Of a DNA stretch of 64,000 bases, positions 1-15,400 are shown piece by piece (the first letter of the stretch is position 1; each line of letters starts with the position of its first letter). Location of the stretch: positions 32,798,001 through 32,862,000 of the forward strand of contig OZ286462.1 in NCBI GenBank assembly GCA_965644265.1, in the 5' to 3' direction. Under the pieces are notes generated by a model that made no database searches, was not told the origin of the DNA, and saw only the letters and a list, made by a program, of their open reading frames with translations. The position numbers and the translations under genes were made by a program. Source of the DNA: Glycera tridactyla. Its lineage: Eukaryota.

Positions 1-66
1 TTTATTACTGTGGGACATAAAGCTGGGAAGATCGACGACATTTACCACATCACTACTACTCTACAT

Positions 67-81
67 GTTTTGATCCATCAG
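67..81 (+). pseudogene. 15-nt micro-exon homologue with dead acceptor (would encode GFDPS)
   Basis: ctactctacat|GTTTTGATCCATCAG|gttata; CAG changed to CAT. Confidence 0.45.
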
Positions 82-466
82 GTTATAGTTATTGCAACAC
101 CAGTGAAATCACAAGAGGATTGAGCATTAGTCTGACATCGGTTCAGCTGCTGCAGCAATCAATCTCTGCATTATGATATGGTGCACTTGTCTTTTGCAGA
201 ATATTGAATTAACGAGTAAGAGGTATCCACATGAAATCACTGTATAGACTGAATAGGAGATGATACTGAGCTCTATATATTATTGTGCTGAAGACAGGGG
301 CTTGCCAGCTATAAGCCATTTTCTATTCAATGGAGTTCATGTGTTCCTAAATCTTGGATATCAGTGATGCAAAGAGGCCATGAAAAATGAAAAGCCCCTG
401 ATATACCTCATACCCTATTTCAAAGTTCAGTGTGAAAGAATATGTTTCATTTTATTCATTCATCAG

Positions 467-3400
467 AGTCAAATGTCACAGAGGACACAGGACCAACGAC
501 AGAGACAATCACAGCAGGTCAGTATCAGATTAGCGACCGATAGTCTAACCCTGCTTACAACAACAGTCTGCCTGTCTGAATTCGTCAGTATCGATGATGA
601 GGCAACCATAGAGATGATCGAACTTCATTGCAGTGCCCTGATGTTGAGACAATGATATGATCACGCTTCTAATCTCCATGATTAGCCACAATGAGACCAA
701 CTGTCTGACTAACCTGATTAGCGAAGATGGTCTATCCCTGGTCGAATATGATAAGCATATTTGTCAGGTTCTAAGAACAAAAATGATAGAAGATACTTGT
801 GACAGTCGCATGTCAGCTAAAAGCCAATCTTTATTCAATGAAGTTCACCTGTGCCGACATCTCGAATATCAGTGATGCCAAGAGACCTGAGAAGAATGAT
901 ATATCTCTTACAAGTTCAGTGTAAAAGAGTATGTTGCATTTGATTCATTCATCAGAGTCAAATGTCACAGATCACACTGGACCGACAACAGAGGCAGTCA
1001 CAGTAGGTCAGTATCGTTTAACCCTGCTTACAACAATAGAATGTCTGAATTCTGCACTGCCAATGATGTGACAATCAAAGAGATGATCGAACTCCATTGC
1101 AATGCACTGACCGAGAGGCAATGATAAGACCATCCTCCTAATTTGCATGATTATACACAGTTGGACATTCTATCTGACTTCCACAATTACCAAAAATGGC
1201 CTCCTCTGAACAAACATGATGAGCATATTCTTCAGATTCTGATGAAAAACATGACGCGTAGACTTTTATTAGCCTACCTGTTGTCTTCCCAACTGACTTA
1301 ATATTCTTTATCGGACATAGACCAACCAAAACATATTCAGCAATTGAAAGTATGTTCATCATCTGCCCCACTAGGATACTTTCTTCTGATATCAGAGGTT
1401 GCTGTCTTGTTAATCTCTCCGATATTATCATATCACCACCACCATCAATTTTGACTTGTCCATGCTGCTCACTCTCAGCATATCTACCCTAACTATTATA
1501 TCAACACCACTAACCGCCACCATATACGCATTGTAATTCTTAGCCACTTTTGCCTTGTGTGAGACATGAATCAGAGAATATTGACGACACTCACTGACCA
1601 CATACCTTTCTTCCTGAAGGTACTGAACGATCAGGTTGTGGTCATGTCACTGACTGGCCAATTTACACTAGGAACACTGATTGATGATTTTCTAACCACG
1701 ATAGCATCAATGCAACATCAGACTCCAGCACTGTTGACGATTAGTCGATCAATAAAGATGCATGAACTGAGATGCAAGAAACCAACAATGAGTCAATTAG
1801 GGAGGAGGCCCCTCTATAGTGTAATAAGGCACACCCATTGATAGATGACTATGAGGATCATTGAGTGAATATGTATTACAGATCACGACATGAGGATAAA
1901 ATCTCTCTTCGAAAGAATATGGCTCATTCCACCAAAGGGATATTATGACATGAAGCTGAATCAGTATCTAAATTTAAGGCCGGATAATGTCGAGCTCTAT
2001 ACCATAGTGCTCATAATTTCAATGGTGACGATCATATGTTAGCCAAGAACCCATTGCATAGGTCATATGTGCTTGCAATACAAATTGGATATTAGCCGAA
2101 TACACGAACTTCACAAATGGGTGGAAGATGTAGGCTTCATCTGATACTATATGTCAATACTTGATGTGGGGAAGTATAATTTTTTCTCCATTTATCATAT
2201 GTGAATGTGACAGACGACACAGGACCGACTACAGAGGCAATCACAGCAGGTCAGTGTATCAGCTGATTAGCTGATAGCTTAACCTTGCTAACATCAAAAC
2301 TATATCTAAATCATGCACCGTCGAACATCAGTCAAACATATGAATGATTCAAAATCAATGCAGTGCACCAATGGCGAGACTACGCTGAGATCATCTACAT
2401 AATTTTCATGATAGATCATGAGTTGACAAGCCATTTGATTAGCCAGAATAACGGAATTATCATCCCTATGAACTCAGGGGAGATAGATGACATTTGCCAC
2501 ATTATTACTTCTCTCCAGGGACTGATCTTTCGGGTTATAAATATAGAATACTCCAGTGAAATCACAACACGATTGAACATCAGTCTGACAACAACTCACC
2601 TGCAGCAGCAATCAATCTCTGCTTTATGATATGGCGCACTTGTCTTTAGCCGAATGTTGATTCAATGTGTAAGATGTAATCACTAAAACTCAATATATGT
2701 TCTCAATGGTAGATGACACTGAGCTATATATATATTATTGTGCTGGTGACAGTCGCATGTCAACTAAAAGCCATTTTCTATTTAATGGAGTTTATGTGTT
2801 CCTACATCCTGGATATCTTTGATGCAAAGAGGCCATTAAAAATGGAAAGCTCTGGATATATCTCATACCCTTTTTCGAAGTTCAGTGTGAAAGTGTATTT
2901 TGAATTTCATCTATTCATCAGTGTCAAATGTCACAGAAGACACCGGACCAACGACAGAGACAGTCACAGCAGGTCAGTATCAGATTTCCGACTGATAATC
3001 TAACCCTGCTTACAATAACAGAATGTCTGAATTTCTTAGTATCGATGATAAAACAACCATAGAGATAATCGAAATTTATTGCAGTGTCCTGATTGTGAGA
3101 CAATGATGTGATCAAGCTTCTAATTTCCATGATCAGCCACAATTAGACCAACTGTCTGACTTACCTGATCAGCAAAGATGGTCTATCCCTGGTCAAATAT
3201 GATGAGCATATTCGTCAGGTTCTAATGAAATCCATGATAGGAGATGATACTAGTGACAGTCGCATGTCAGCTAGAAGCCATTTTTCATTAAATGGAGTTC
3301 ACCTGTGCCTACATCTTGGATATAAGTGATGCGATCAGACCTGATAAGAATAAAAAGATCTGGATATACCTCATACCATATTTCAAAGATCAGTGTCGAA

Positions 3401-6400
3401 GAGTATGTTTCATTTTATCCATCCATCAGAGTCAAATGTCACAGATCACACTGGACCGACAACAGAAGCAGTCACAGCAGGTCAGTATCAGATCACTGAC
3501 TGAGAGTTTAACCCTGCTTACAACAACAGGATGTCTGAATTCTGCACAGCAAATGATGAGACAATCACAGAGATGAACGAACTTTATTGCAATGCACTGA
3601 TCATGAGGCAGTGATAGGATCATCCTCCTAATTCGCATGATTATACACAATTAGACCATATATCTGACTTCCACGACTACCAAAGATGGCCTTCTCTGAT
3701 ATAGCATGATGAGCATTTTCTTCAGATTCTGATGAAAATATGACGTGACTATTCTTGTTATTTTCGTGACTATCTCTGACTGGCCTTTTATTAGCCTAAA
3801 TGTTGTCTTCCCAACTGACTCAATACTTTTTACCGGATATAGCTCAACCAAAACATATACTTAAGCAATAGGAAGTATGCTCATCATCTGACTCACTAGG
3901 ACACTTTGTTCTGATATCAGAGGAGGCTGTCTTGTTAATCTCTCTGATATCATCATATCATCACCGACATCAACATCATTTTTCACTTGTCCATGCAGCT
4001 CACTATCAGCATACCGTCTCTTGCCATCATATCAACACCACTAACCGTCACCATATACTCATTGTAACTCTCATCCCACTTTTGGCTTTGCGAGACATGA
4101 ATTTGAGAATATTGACGACACTCACTAACCAAATAACTATCTCTCTGAAGGTACTGAACTATCAGACTGTGGTCATGTCATTGACTGGCTGATTCACACT
4201 AGGAACACTGATTCATGATCTGTTGACCAAGGTAGCATCAATGCCACATCAGACTCCGGCACTGTCAAAGATTGGTCAATAAATACAGATGCAGAAACCA
4301 ATAGTCAGGCAATGAGGAGGGACGGTCCTCTATAGTGGAAAAAGGCACACTCATTGGCAGTTGGCTATAAGGATCATTGAGTGAGTATGGATTGCAAATC
4401 ACAACATGAGGATAACGTCTCTTCTCGAAAGAATATGGCTCATTCCACCAAAAGGGTCATTATCACACCAAGCCAAGTCAGTATCTCAATTCAAGGCCAG
4501 ATAATGTCAAGCTCCATACTGAAGTGTACATTGTTTCAATGGCTACGATCAAATGTCAGCCGAAAACACATTGCATAGGTCACATGTGCCTAAAATGCAA
4601 ATTGGGTATCAGCAGAATGCAGCAACTTTACATATGGAAGGAAGATGCAGGGTTTATCTGATACTATATGTCAATGGTGGATGTGGAGGAGAATAATTTT
4701 TTTCTCCATTTATCAGATGTGAATGTCACAGACAACACAGGACCAACTACAGAGGCAGTCACAGCAGGTCAGTGTATCAGCTGATTAGCTGATAGCTTAG
4801 CCTTGCTAACATAATTGAAACATCTGAATCATGCATCGTCAAAGATCAGTCAAACATAGGAATGATTCAAATTCATTGCAGGGCACCAATGCCAAGACTA
4901 CGATGAGATCATTTTCATAATTTCCATGATGAGTCATGATTTGACAATCCCTATGATTTCAAAGAATAACCAAATTAGCATGCCTATGAACACAGGTGAA
5001 ACACATACATTCTGTGTTCAGGAAAAGTTCTGACAAAAGCAACTCTCATAATTCTTCCAAATAATCATGACAACCCCATTTCCGATATTTAGAATCAGTC
5101 TTCTTTCGAATTTGATGACTGCCAATGCCAATACTACTACAGATCCACCGATTTGATATACATTCCAAAATATCTCCTTCCTCGAAAAACTTTCTTCGAA
5201 ATCTGAATGTCCGCCCATCATTCATGCCTTGATGATGCTTTGCCCTGCTTTCTCTGAATGATGACTCGTGATATCTCAGAATCTATATCATCATTTAAAT
5301 ATACCTTCTCTCCATGCATATTCATCACTGTTTTTATATTCACCCACTTCGCCATTACTACCAGTCACCATATACACATTGTAGTTCTTTTCCAATGTGG
5401 GTTTTCATTTCTGTGGGACATGAATTAGGGAAGATTGACAACATTTATCATGCTATTACTCTACAGGTTTTGATCTCTCAGGTAATATTATAGCATATAC
5501 CAGTGAAATCAAAACAGGATTGAGCATTAGTCTGACATCAGCTCAGCTGCAGCAGCAATCAATCTCTGCGTTGCAATATGGCACACATGTTTTCAGCAGA
5601 ATATTGAGTAAATGAGTAGGATGTATTCACTTGAAATCACTATATTGACTCAAAAGAAGATGACACTGAGCTCTATAAATTATTGTGCTGATGACAGCCG
5701 CATGCCAGATTCTAATGGAGAATATGCTAAGAGATGATACATGTGACATTCACATGTCAGCTAAAAGCCAATTCATATTCAATGGAGTTCATGTTTACCT
5801 ACATCTGAGATATCAGTGAAGGAAAGAGGATATAAAAAGTGAAAACGTCAGGATATATCTCATACCCTTTTTCAAAGTTCAGTGTGAAAGAGTATGTTTT
5901 CATTTTATTCATCCATCAGACTCAAATGTCACAGAGGACACAGGACCGACAACAGAGACAGTCACATCAGGTCAGTATCAGATTAATGACTGATAATCTA
6001 ACCCTGCTGACAGCAACATAATATCTGAATTCCTCAGTATCGATGATAAAATAATCATAGAGATGAATAACTTTATTGCAGTGCCCTGACGGTTGGACAA
6101 TTATATGATCAAGCTTCTGATTTCCATGATTAGCCACAGCTAGACCAACTGTCTGACTCACTTGATTAGCGAAGTAGGTCTATCTCTGGTCGAATATGAT
6201 GAGCATATTCATCAGATTCTGATGATGAACATGCTAAGAGATGATACATGTGACATTCACATGTCCGCTAAAAGCCAATTTATATTCAATGGAGTTCAGC
6301 GGTGCCTACATCTTGGATCTGAGTGATGCAAAGAGACCTGAAGAGAATGAACAGCTCAGCATGATCTCTTACCATATTTCAACGTTCAGTGTGAAAGAGT

Positions 6401-9400
6401 ATGTCTCATTTTATTCATCCATCAGAGTCAAATGTCACAGATCACACTGGACCGACAACAGAAGCAGTCACAGCAGGTCAGTATCAGATGACTGACTGAG
6501 AGTTTGACCCTGCTTACAACAACAGAATGTCTCAATTCTGCACTGCAAATGATAAGACAATCATAGAGATGATCGAACTTTATTGCAATGCACTGATCAT
6601 GAGGCAGTGATAAGATCATCCTCCTAATTCGCATGATTATACCCAATTAGACCATACATCTGACTTCCACGATTACCAAAGATGGCTTTCTCTGATATAG
6701 CATGATAAGCATTTACTTCATATTCTGATGAAAAATATGACGTGACTATTCTTGTCATTTTCGTGACCATCTCTGACTGGCCTTCTATTAGCCTAAATGT
6801 TGTCTTCCCAACTGACTCAATACTTTTTACCGGATATATATCAACCAAAACATATACTTCAGCAATTGGAAGTATGCTCATCATCTGCCTCACTAGGACA
6901 CTTTGTTCTGATATCAGAGGAGGCTGTCTTGTTAATCTCTCTGATATCATCATATCATCACCGACATCAACATCATTTTTCACTTGTCCATGCAGCTCAC
7001 TATCAGCATACCGTCTCTTGCCATCATATCAACACCACTAACCGTCACCATATACTCATTGTAACTCTCATCCCACTTTTGGCTTTGCGAGACATGAATT
7101 TGAGAATATTGACGACACTCACTAACCAAATAACTATCTCTCTGAAGGTACTGAACAATCAGACTGTGGTCATGTCATTGACTGGCTGATTCACACTAGG
7201 AACACTGATTCATGATCTGTTGACCAAGGTAGCATCAATGCCACATCAGACTCCGGCACTGTCAAAGATTGGTCAATAAATACAGATGCAGAAACCAATA
7301 GTCAGGCAATGAGGAGGGACGGTCCTCTATAGTGGAAAAAGGCACACTCATTGGCAGTTGGCTATAAGGATCATTGAGTGAGTATGGATTGCAAATCACA
7401 ACATGAGGATAACGTCTCTTCTCGAAAGAATATGGCTCATTCCACCAAAAGGGTCATTATCACACCAAGCCAAGTCAGTATCTCAATTCAAGGCCAGATA
7501 ATGTCAAGCTCCATACTGAAGTGTACATTGTTTCAATGGCTACGATCAAATGTCAGCCGAAAACACATTGCATAGGTCACATGTGCCTAAAATGCAAATT
7601 GGGTATCAGCAGAATGCAGCAACTTTACATATGGAAGGAAGATGCAGGGTTTATCTGATACTATATGTCAATGGTGGATGTGGAGGAGAATAATTTTTTT
7701 CTCCATTTATCAGATGTGAATGTCACAGACAACACAGGACCAACTACAGAGGCAGTCACAGCAGGTCAGTGTATCAGCTGATTAGCTGATAGCTTAGCCT
7801 TGCTAACATAATTGAAACATCTGAATCATGCATCGTCAAAGATCAGTCAAACATAGGAATGATTCAAATTCATTGCAGGGCACCAATGCCAAGACTACGA
7901 TGAGATCATTTTCATAATTTCCATGATGAGTCATGATTTGACAATCCCTATGATTCCAAAGAATAACCAAATTAGCATGCCTATGAACACAGGTGAAACA
8001 CATACATTCTGTGTTCAGGAAAAGTTCTGACAAAAGCAACTCTCATAATTCTTCCAAATAATCATGACAACCCCATTTCCGATATTTAGAATCAGTCTTC
8101 TTTCGAATTTGATGACTGCCAATGCCAATACTACTACAGATCCACCGATTTGATATACATTCCAAAATATCTCCTTCCTCGAAAAACTTTCTTCGAAATC
8201 TGAATGTCCGCCCATCATTCATGCCTCGATGATGCTTTGCTCTGCTTTCTCTGAATGATGACTCGTGATATCTCAGAATCTATATCATCATTTAAATATG
8301 CCTTCTCTCCATGCATATTCATCACTGTTTTTATATTCACCCACTTCGCCATTACTACCAGTCATCATATACACATTGTAGTTCTTTTCCAATGTGGGTT
8401 TTCATTTCTGTGGGACATGAATTAGGGAAGATTGGCAACATTTATCATGCTATTACTCTACAGGTTTTGATCTCTCAGGTAATATTATAGCATATACCAG
8501 TGAAATCAAAACAGGATTGAGCATTAGTCTGACATCAGCTCAGCTGCAGCAGCAATCAATCTCTGCGTTGCAATATGGCACACATGTTTTCAGCAGAATA
8601 TTGAGTAAATGAGTAGGATGTATCCACTTGAAATCACTATATTGACTCAAAAGAAGATGACACTGAGCTCTATAAATTATTGTGCTGATGACAGCCGCAT
8701 GCCAGATTCTAATGGAGAATATGCTAAGAGATGATACATGTGACATTCACATGTCAGCTAAAAGCCAATTCATATTCAATGGAGTTCATGTTTACCTACA
8801 TCTGAGATATCAGTGAAGGAAAGAGGATATAAAAAGTGAAAACGTCAGGATATATCTCATACCCTTTTTCAAAGTTCAGTGTGAAAGAGTATGTTTTCAT
8901 TTTATTCATCCATCAGACTCAAATGTCACAGAGGACACAGGACCGACAACAGAGACAGTCACATCAGGTCAGTATCAGATTAATGACTGATAATCTAACC
9001 CTGCTGACAGCAACATAATATCTGAATTCCTCAGTATCGATGATAAAATAATCATAGAGATGAATAAACTTTATTGCAGTGCCCTGACGGTTGGACAATT
9101 ATATGATCAAGCTTCTGATTTCCATGATTAGCCACAGCTAGACCAACTGTCTGACTTACTTGATTAGCGAAGTAGGTCTATCTCTGGTCGAATATGATGA
9201 GCATATTCATCAGATTCTAATGAAGAACATGCTAAGAGATGATACATGTGACATTCACATGTCCGCTAAAAGCCAATTTATATTCAATGGAGTTCAGCGA
9301 TGCCTACATCTTGGATCTGAGTGATGCAAAGAGACCTGAAGAGAATGAACAGCTCAGCATGATCTCTTACCATATTTCAACGTTCAGTGTGAAAGAGTAT

Positions 9401-12400
9401 GTTTCATTTTATTCATCCATCAGAGTCAAATGTCACAGATCACACTGGACCGACAACAGAAGCAGTCACAGCAGGTCAGTATCAGATGACCGACTGAGAG
9501 TTTGACCCTGCTTACAACAACTGAATGTCTCAATTCTGCACTGCAAATGATAAGACAATCATAGAGATGATCGAACTTTATTGCAATGCACTGATCATGA
9601 GGCAGTGATAAGATCATCCTCCTAATTCGCATGATTATACCCAATTAGACCATATATCTGACTTCCACGATTACCAAAGATGGCTTTCTCTGATATAGCA
9701 TGATGAGCATTCACTTCATATTCTGATGAAAAATATGACGTGACTATTCTTGTCATTTTCGTGACCATCTCTGACTGGCCTTCTATTAGCCTAAATGTTG
9801 TCTTCCCAACTGACTCAATACTTTTTACCGGATATATATCAACCAAAACATATACTTCAGCAATTGGAAGTATGCTCATCATCTGCCTCACTAGGACACT
9901 TTGTTCTGATATCAGAGGAGGCTGTCTTGTTAATCTCTCTGATATCATCATATCATCACCGACATCAACATCATTTTTCACTTGTCCATGCTGCTCACTA
10001 TCAGCATACCGTCTCTTGCCATCATATCAACACCACTAACCGTCACCATATACTCATTGTAACTCTCATCCCACTTTTGGCTCTGCAAGACATGAATTGG
10101 AGAATATTGACGACACTCACTAACCAAATAACTATTTCCCTGAAGGGACTGAACTATCAGACTCTGGACATGTCATTGATTGGCTGATTCACACTAGGAA
10201 CACTACTTCATGATCTGTTGACCAAGGTAGCATCTATACAACATCAGACTCCTGCACTGTCAAAGATTAGTCAATAAATACAGATGCAGAAACCAATAGT
10301 CAGGCAATGAGGAAGGACGGTCCTCTATAGTGAAAAAAGGCACACTCATTGGCAGTTGGCTATAAGGATCATTGAGTGAGTATGGATTGCAAATCACAAC
10401 ATGAGGATAACGTCTCTTCTCGAAAGAATATGGCTCATTCCACCAAAAGGGTCATTATCACACCAAGCCAAGTCAGTATCTCAATTCAAGGCCAGATAAT
10501 GTCAAGCTCTATACTGAAGTGTACATTGTTTCAATGGCTACGATCAAATGACAGCCGAAAACACATTGCATAGGTCACATGTGCCTAAAATGCAAATTGG
10601 GTATCAGCAGAATGCAGCAACTTTACATATGGATGGAAGATGTAGGGTTTATCTGATACTATATGTCAATGGTGGATGTGGAGGAGAATAATTTTTTTCT
10701 CCATTTATCAGATGTGAATGTCACAGACAACACAGGACCAACTACAGAGGCAGTCACAGCAGGTCAGTGTATCAGCTGATTAGCTGATAGCTTAGCCTTG
10801 CTAACATAATTGAAACATCTGAATCATGCATCGTCAAAGATCAGTCAAACATAGGAATGATTCAAATTCATTGCAGGGCACCAATGCCAAGACTACGATG
10901 AGATCATTTTCATAATTTCCATGATGAGTCATGATTTGACAATCCCTATGATTTCAAAGAATAACCAAATTAGCATGCCTATGAACACAGGTGAAACACA
11001 TACATTTTGTGTTCAGGAAAAGTTCTGACAAAAGCAACTCTCATAATTCTTCCAAATAATCATGACAACCCCATTTCCGATATTTAGAATCAGTCTTCTT
11101 TCGAATTTGATGACTGCCAATGCCAATACTACTACAGATCCACCGATTTGATATACATTCCAAAATATCTCCTTCCTCGAAAAACTTTCTTCGAAATCTG
11201 AATGTCCGCCCATCATTCATGCCTCGATGATGCTTTGCTCTGCTTTCTTTGAATGATGACTCGTGATATCTCAGAATCTATATCATCATTTAAATATGCC
11301 TTCTCTCCATGCATATTCATCACTGTTTTTATATTCACCCACTTCGCCATTACTACCAGTCATCATATACACATTGTAGTTCTTTTCCAATGTGGGTTTT
11401 CATTTCTGTGGGACATGAATCAGGGAAGATTGACAACATTTATCATGCTATTACTCTACAGGTTTTGATCTCTCAGGTAATATTATAGCATATACCAGTG
11501 AAATCGAAACAGGATTGAGCATTAGTCTGACATCAGCTCAGCTGCAGCAGCAATCAATCTCTGCGTTGCAATATGGCACACATGTTTTCAGCAGAATATT
11601 GAGTAAATGAGTAGGATGTATCCACTTGAAATCACTATATTGACTCAAAAGAAGATGACACTGAGCTCTATAAATTATTGTGCTGATGACAGCCGCATGC
11701 CAGATTCTAATGGAGAATATGCTAAGAGATGATACATGTGACATTCACATGTCAGCTAAAAGCCAATTCATATTCAATGGAGTTCATGTTTACCTACATC
11801 TGAGATATCAGTGAAGGAAAGAGGATATAAAAATTGAAAACGTCAGGATATATCTCATACCCTTTTTCAAAGTTCAGTGTGAAAGAGTATGTTTTCATTT
11901 TATTCATCCATCAGACTCAAATGTCACAGAGGACACAGGACCGACAACAGAGACAGTCACATCAGGTCAGTATCAGATTAATGACTGATAATCTAACCCT
12001 GCTGACAGCAACATAATATCTGAATTCCTCAGTATCGATGATAAGATAATCATAGAGATGAATGAACTTTATTGCAGTGCCCTGACGGTTGGACAATTAT
12101 ATGATCAAGCTTCTGATTTCCATGATTAGCCACAGCTAGACCAACTGTCTGACTTACTTGATTAGCGAAGTAGGTCTATCTCTGGTCGAATATGATGAGC
12201 ATATTCATCAGATTCTAATGAAGAACATGCTAAGAGATGATACATGTGACATTCACATGTCCGCTAAGAGCCAATTTATATTCAATGGAGTTCAGCGGTG
12301 CCTACATCTTGGATCTGAGTGATGCAAAGAGACCTGAAGAGAATGAACAGCTCAGCATGATCTCTTACCATATTTCAACGTTCAGTGTGAAAGAGTATGT

Positions 12401-15400
12401 TTCATTTTATTCATCCATCAGAGTCAAATGTCACAGATCACACTGGACCGACAACAGAAGCAGTCACAGCAGGTCAGTATCAGATGACCGACTGAGAGTT
12501 TGACCCTGCTTACAACAACTGAATGTCTCAATTCTGCACTGCAAATGATAAGACAATCATAGATATGATCGAACTTTATTGCAATGCACTGATCATGAGG
12601 CAGTGATAAGATCATCCTCCTAATTCGCATGATTATACCCAATTAGACCATATATCTGACTTCCACGATTACCAAAGATGGCTTTCTCTGATATAGCATG
12701 ATGAGCATTCACTTCATATTCTGATGAAAAATATGACGTGACTATTCTTGTCATTTTCGTGACCATCTCTGACTGGCCTTCTATTAGCCTAAATGTTGTC
12801 TTCCCAACTGACTCAATACTTTTTACCGGATATATATCAACCAAAACATATACTTCAGCAATTGGAAGTATGCTCATCATCTGCCTCACTAGGACACTTT
12901 GTTCTGATATCAGAGGAGGCTGTCTTGTTAATCTCTCTGATATCATCATATCATCACCGACATCAACATCATTTTTCACTTGTCCATGCTGCTCACTATC
13001 AGCATACCGTCTCTTGCCATCATATCAACACCACTAACCGTCACCATATACTCATTGTAACTCTCATCCCACTTTTGGCTCTGCAAGACATGAATTGGAG
13101 AATATTGACGACACTCACTAACCAAATAACTATTTCCCTGAAGGTACTGAACTATCAGACTGTGGACATGTCATTGATTGGCTGATTCACACTAGGAACA
13201 CTGCTTCATGATCTGTTGACCAAGGTAGCATCTATGCCACATCAGACTCCTGCACTGTCAAAGATTAGTCAATAAATACAGATGCAGAAACCAATAGTCA
13301 GGCAATGAGGAAGGACGGTCCTCTATAGTGAAAAAAGGCACACTCATTGGCAGTTGGCTATAAGGATCATTGAGTGAGTATGGATTGCAAATCACAACAT
13401 GAGGATAACGTCTCTTCTCGAAAGAATATGGCTCATTCCACCAAAAGGGTCATTATCACACCAAGCCAAGTCAGTATCTCAATTCAAGGCCAGATAATGT
13501 CAAGCTCTATACTGAAGTGTACATTGTTTCAATGGCTACGATCAAATGACAGCCGAAAACACATTGCATAGGTCACATGTGCCTAAAATGCAAATTGGGT
13601 ATCAGCAGAATGCAGCAACTTTACATATGGATGGAAGATGTAGGGTTTATCTGATACTATATGTCAATGGTGGATGTGGAGGAGAATAATTTTTTTCTCC
13701 ATTTATCAGATGTGAATGTCACAGACAACACAGGACCAACTACAGAGGCAGTCACAGCAGGTCAGTGTATCAGCTGATTAGCTGATAGCTTAGCCTTGCT
13801 AACATAATTGAAACATCTGAATCATGCATCGTCAAAGATCAGTCAAACATAGGAATGATTCAAATTCATTGCAGGGCACCAATGCCAAGACTACGATGAG
13901 ATCATTTTCATAATTTCCATGATGAGTCATGATTTGACAATCCCTATGATTTCAAAGAATAACCAAATTAGCATGCCTATGAACACAGGTGAAACACATA
14001 CATTTTGTGTTCAGGAAAAGTTCTGACAAAAGCAACTCTCATAATTCTTCCAAATAATCATGACAACCCCATTTCCGATATTTAGAATCAGTCTTCTTTC
14101 GAATTTGATGACTGCCAATGCCAATACTACTACAGATCCACCGATTTGATATACATTCCAAAATATCTCCTTCCTCGAAAAACTTTCTTCGAAATCTGAA
14201 TGTCCGCCCATCATTCATGCCTCGATGATGCTTTGCTCTGCTTTCTTTGAATGATGACTCGTGATATCTCAGAATCTATATCATCATTTAAATATGCCTT
14301 CTCTCCATGCATATTCATCACTGTTTTTATATTCACCCACTTCGCCATTACTACCAGTCATCATATACACATTGTAGTTCTTTTCCAATGTGGGTTTTCA
14401 TTTCTGTGGGACATGAATCAGGGAAGATTGACAACATTTATCATGCTATTACTCTACAGGTTTTGATCTCTCAGGTAATATTATAGCATATACCAGTGAA
14501 ATCGAAACAGGATTGAGCATTAGTCTGACATCAGCTCAGCTGCAGCAGCAATCAATCTCTGCGTTGCAATATGGCACACATGTTTTCAGCAGAATATTGA
14601 GTAAATGAGTAGGATGTATCCACTTGAAATCACTATATTGACTCAAAAGAAGATGACACTGAGCTCTATAAATTATTGTGCTGATGACAGCCGCATGCCA
14701 GATTCTAATGGAGAATATGCTAAGAGATGATACATGTGACATTCACATGTCAGCTAAAAGCCAATTCATATTCAATGGAGTTCATGTTTACCTACATCTG
14801 AGATATCAGTGAAGGAAAGAGGATATAAAAATTGAAAACGTCAGGATATATCTCATACCCTTTTTCAAAGTTCAGTGTGAAAGAGTATGTTTTCATTTTA
14901 TTCATCCATCAGACTCAAATGTCACAGAGGACACAGGACCGACAACAGAGACAGTCACATCAGGTCAGTATCAGATTAATGACTGATAATCTAACCCTGC
15001 TGACAGCAACATAATATCTGAATTCCTCAGTATCGATGATAAGATAATCATAGAGATGAATGAACTTTATTGCAGTGCCCTGACGGTTGGACAATTATAT
15101 GATCAAGCTTCTGATTTCCATGATTAGCCACAGCTAGACCAACTGTCTGACTTACTTGATTAGCGAAGTAGGTCTATCTCTGGTCGAATATGATGAGCAT
15201 ATTCATCAGATTCTAATGAAGAACATGCTAAGAGATGATACATGTGACATTCACATGTCCGCTAAGAGCCAATTTATATTCAATGGAGTTCAGCGGTGCC
15301 TACATCTTGGATCTGAGTGATGCAAAGAGACCTGAAGAGAATGAACAGCTCAGCATGATCTCTTACCATATTTCAACGTTCAGTGTGAAAGAGTATGTTT

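Noticed and set aside
4358-4386. Possible extra exon ttggcag|ttggctataaggatcattga|gtgagt in each unit
   Set aside because: 20 nt is not frame-preserving and there is no pyrimidine tract.
6880-6930. Minus-strand KCPSEADDEHTSNC, superficially like an LDL-receptor class A or cadherin acidic motif
   Set aside because: Immediately followed by a stop, lacks the other Cys residues, and has no splice signals.
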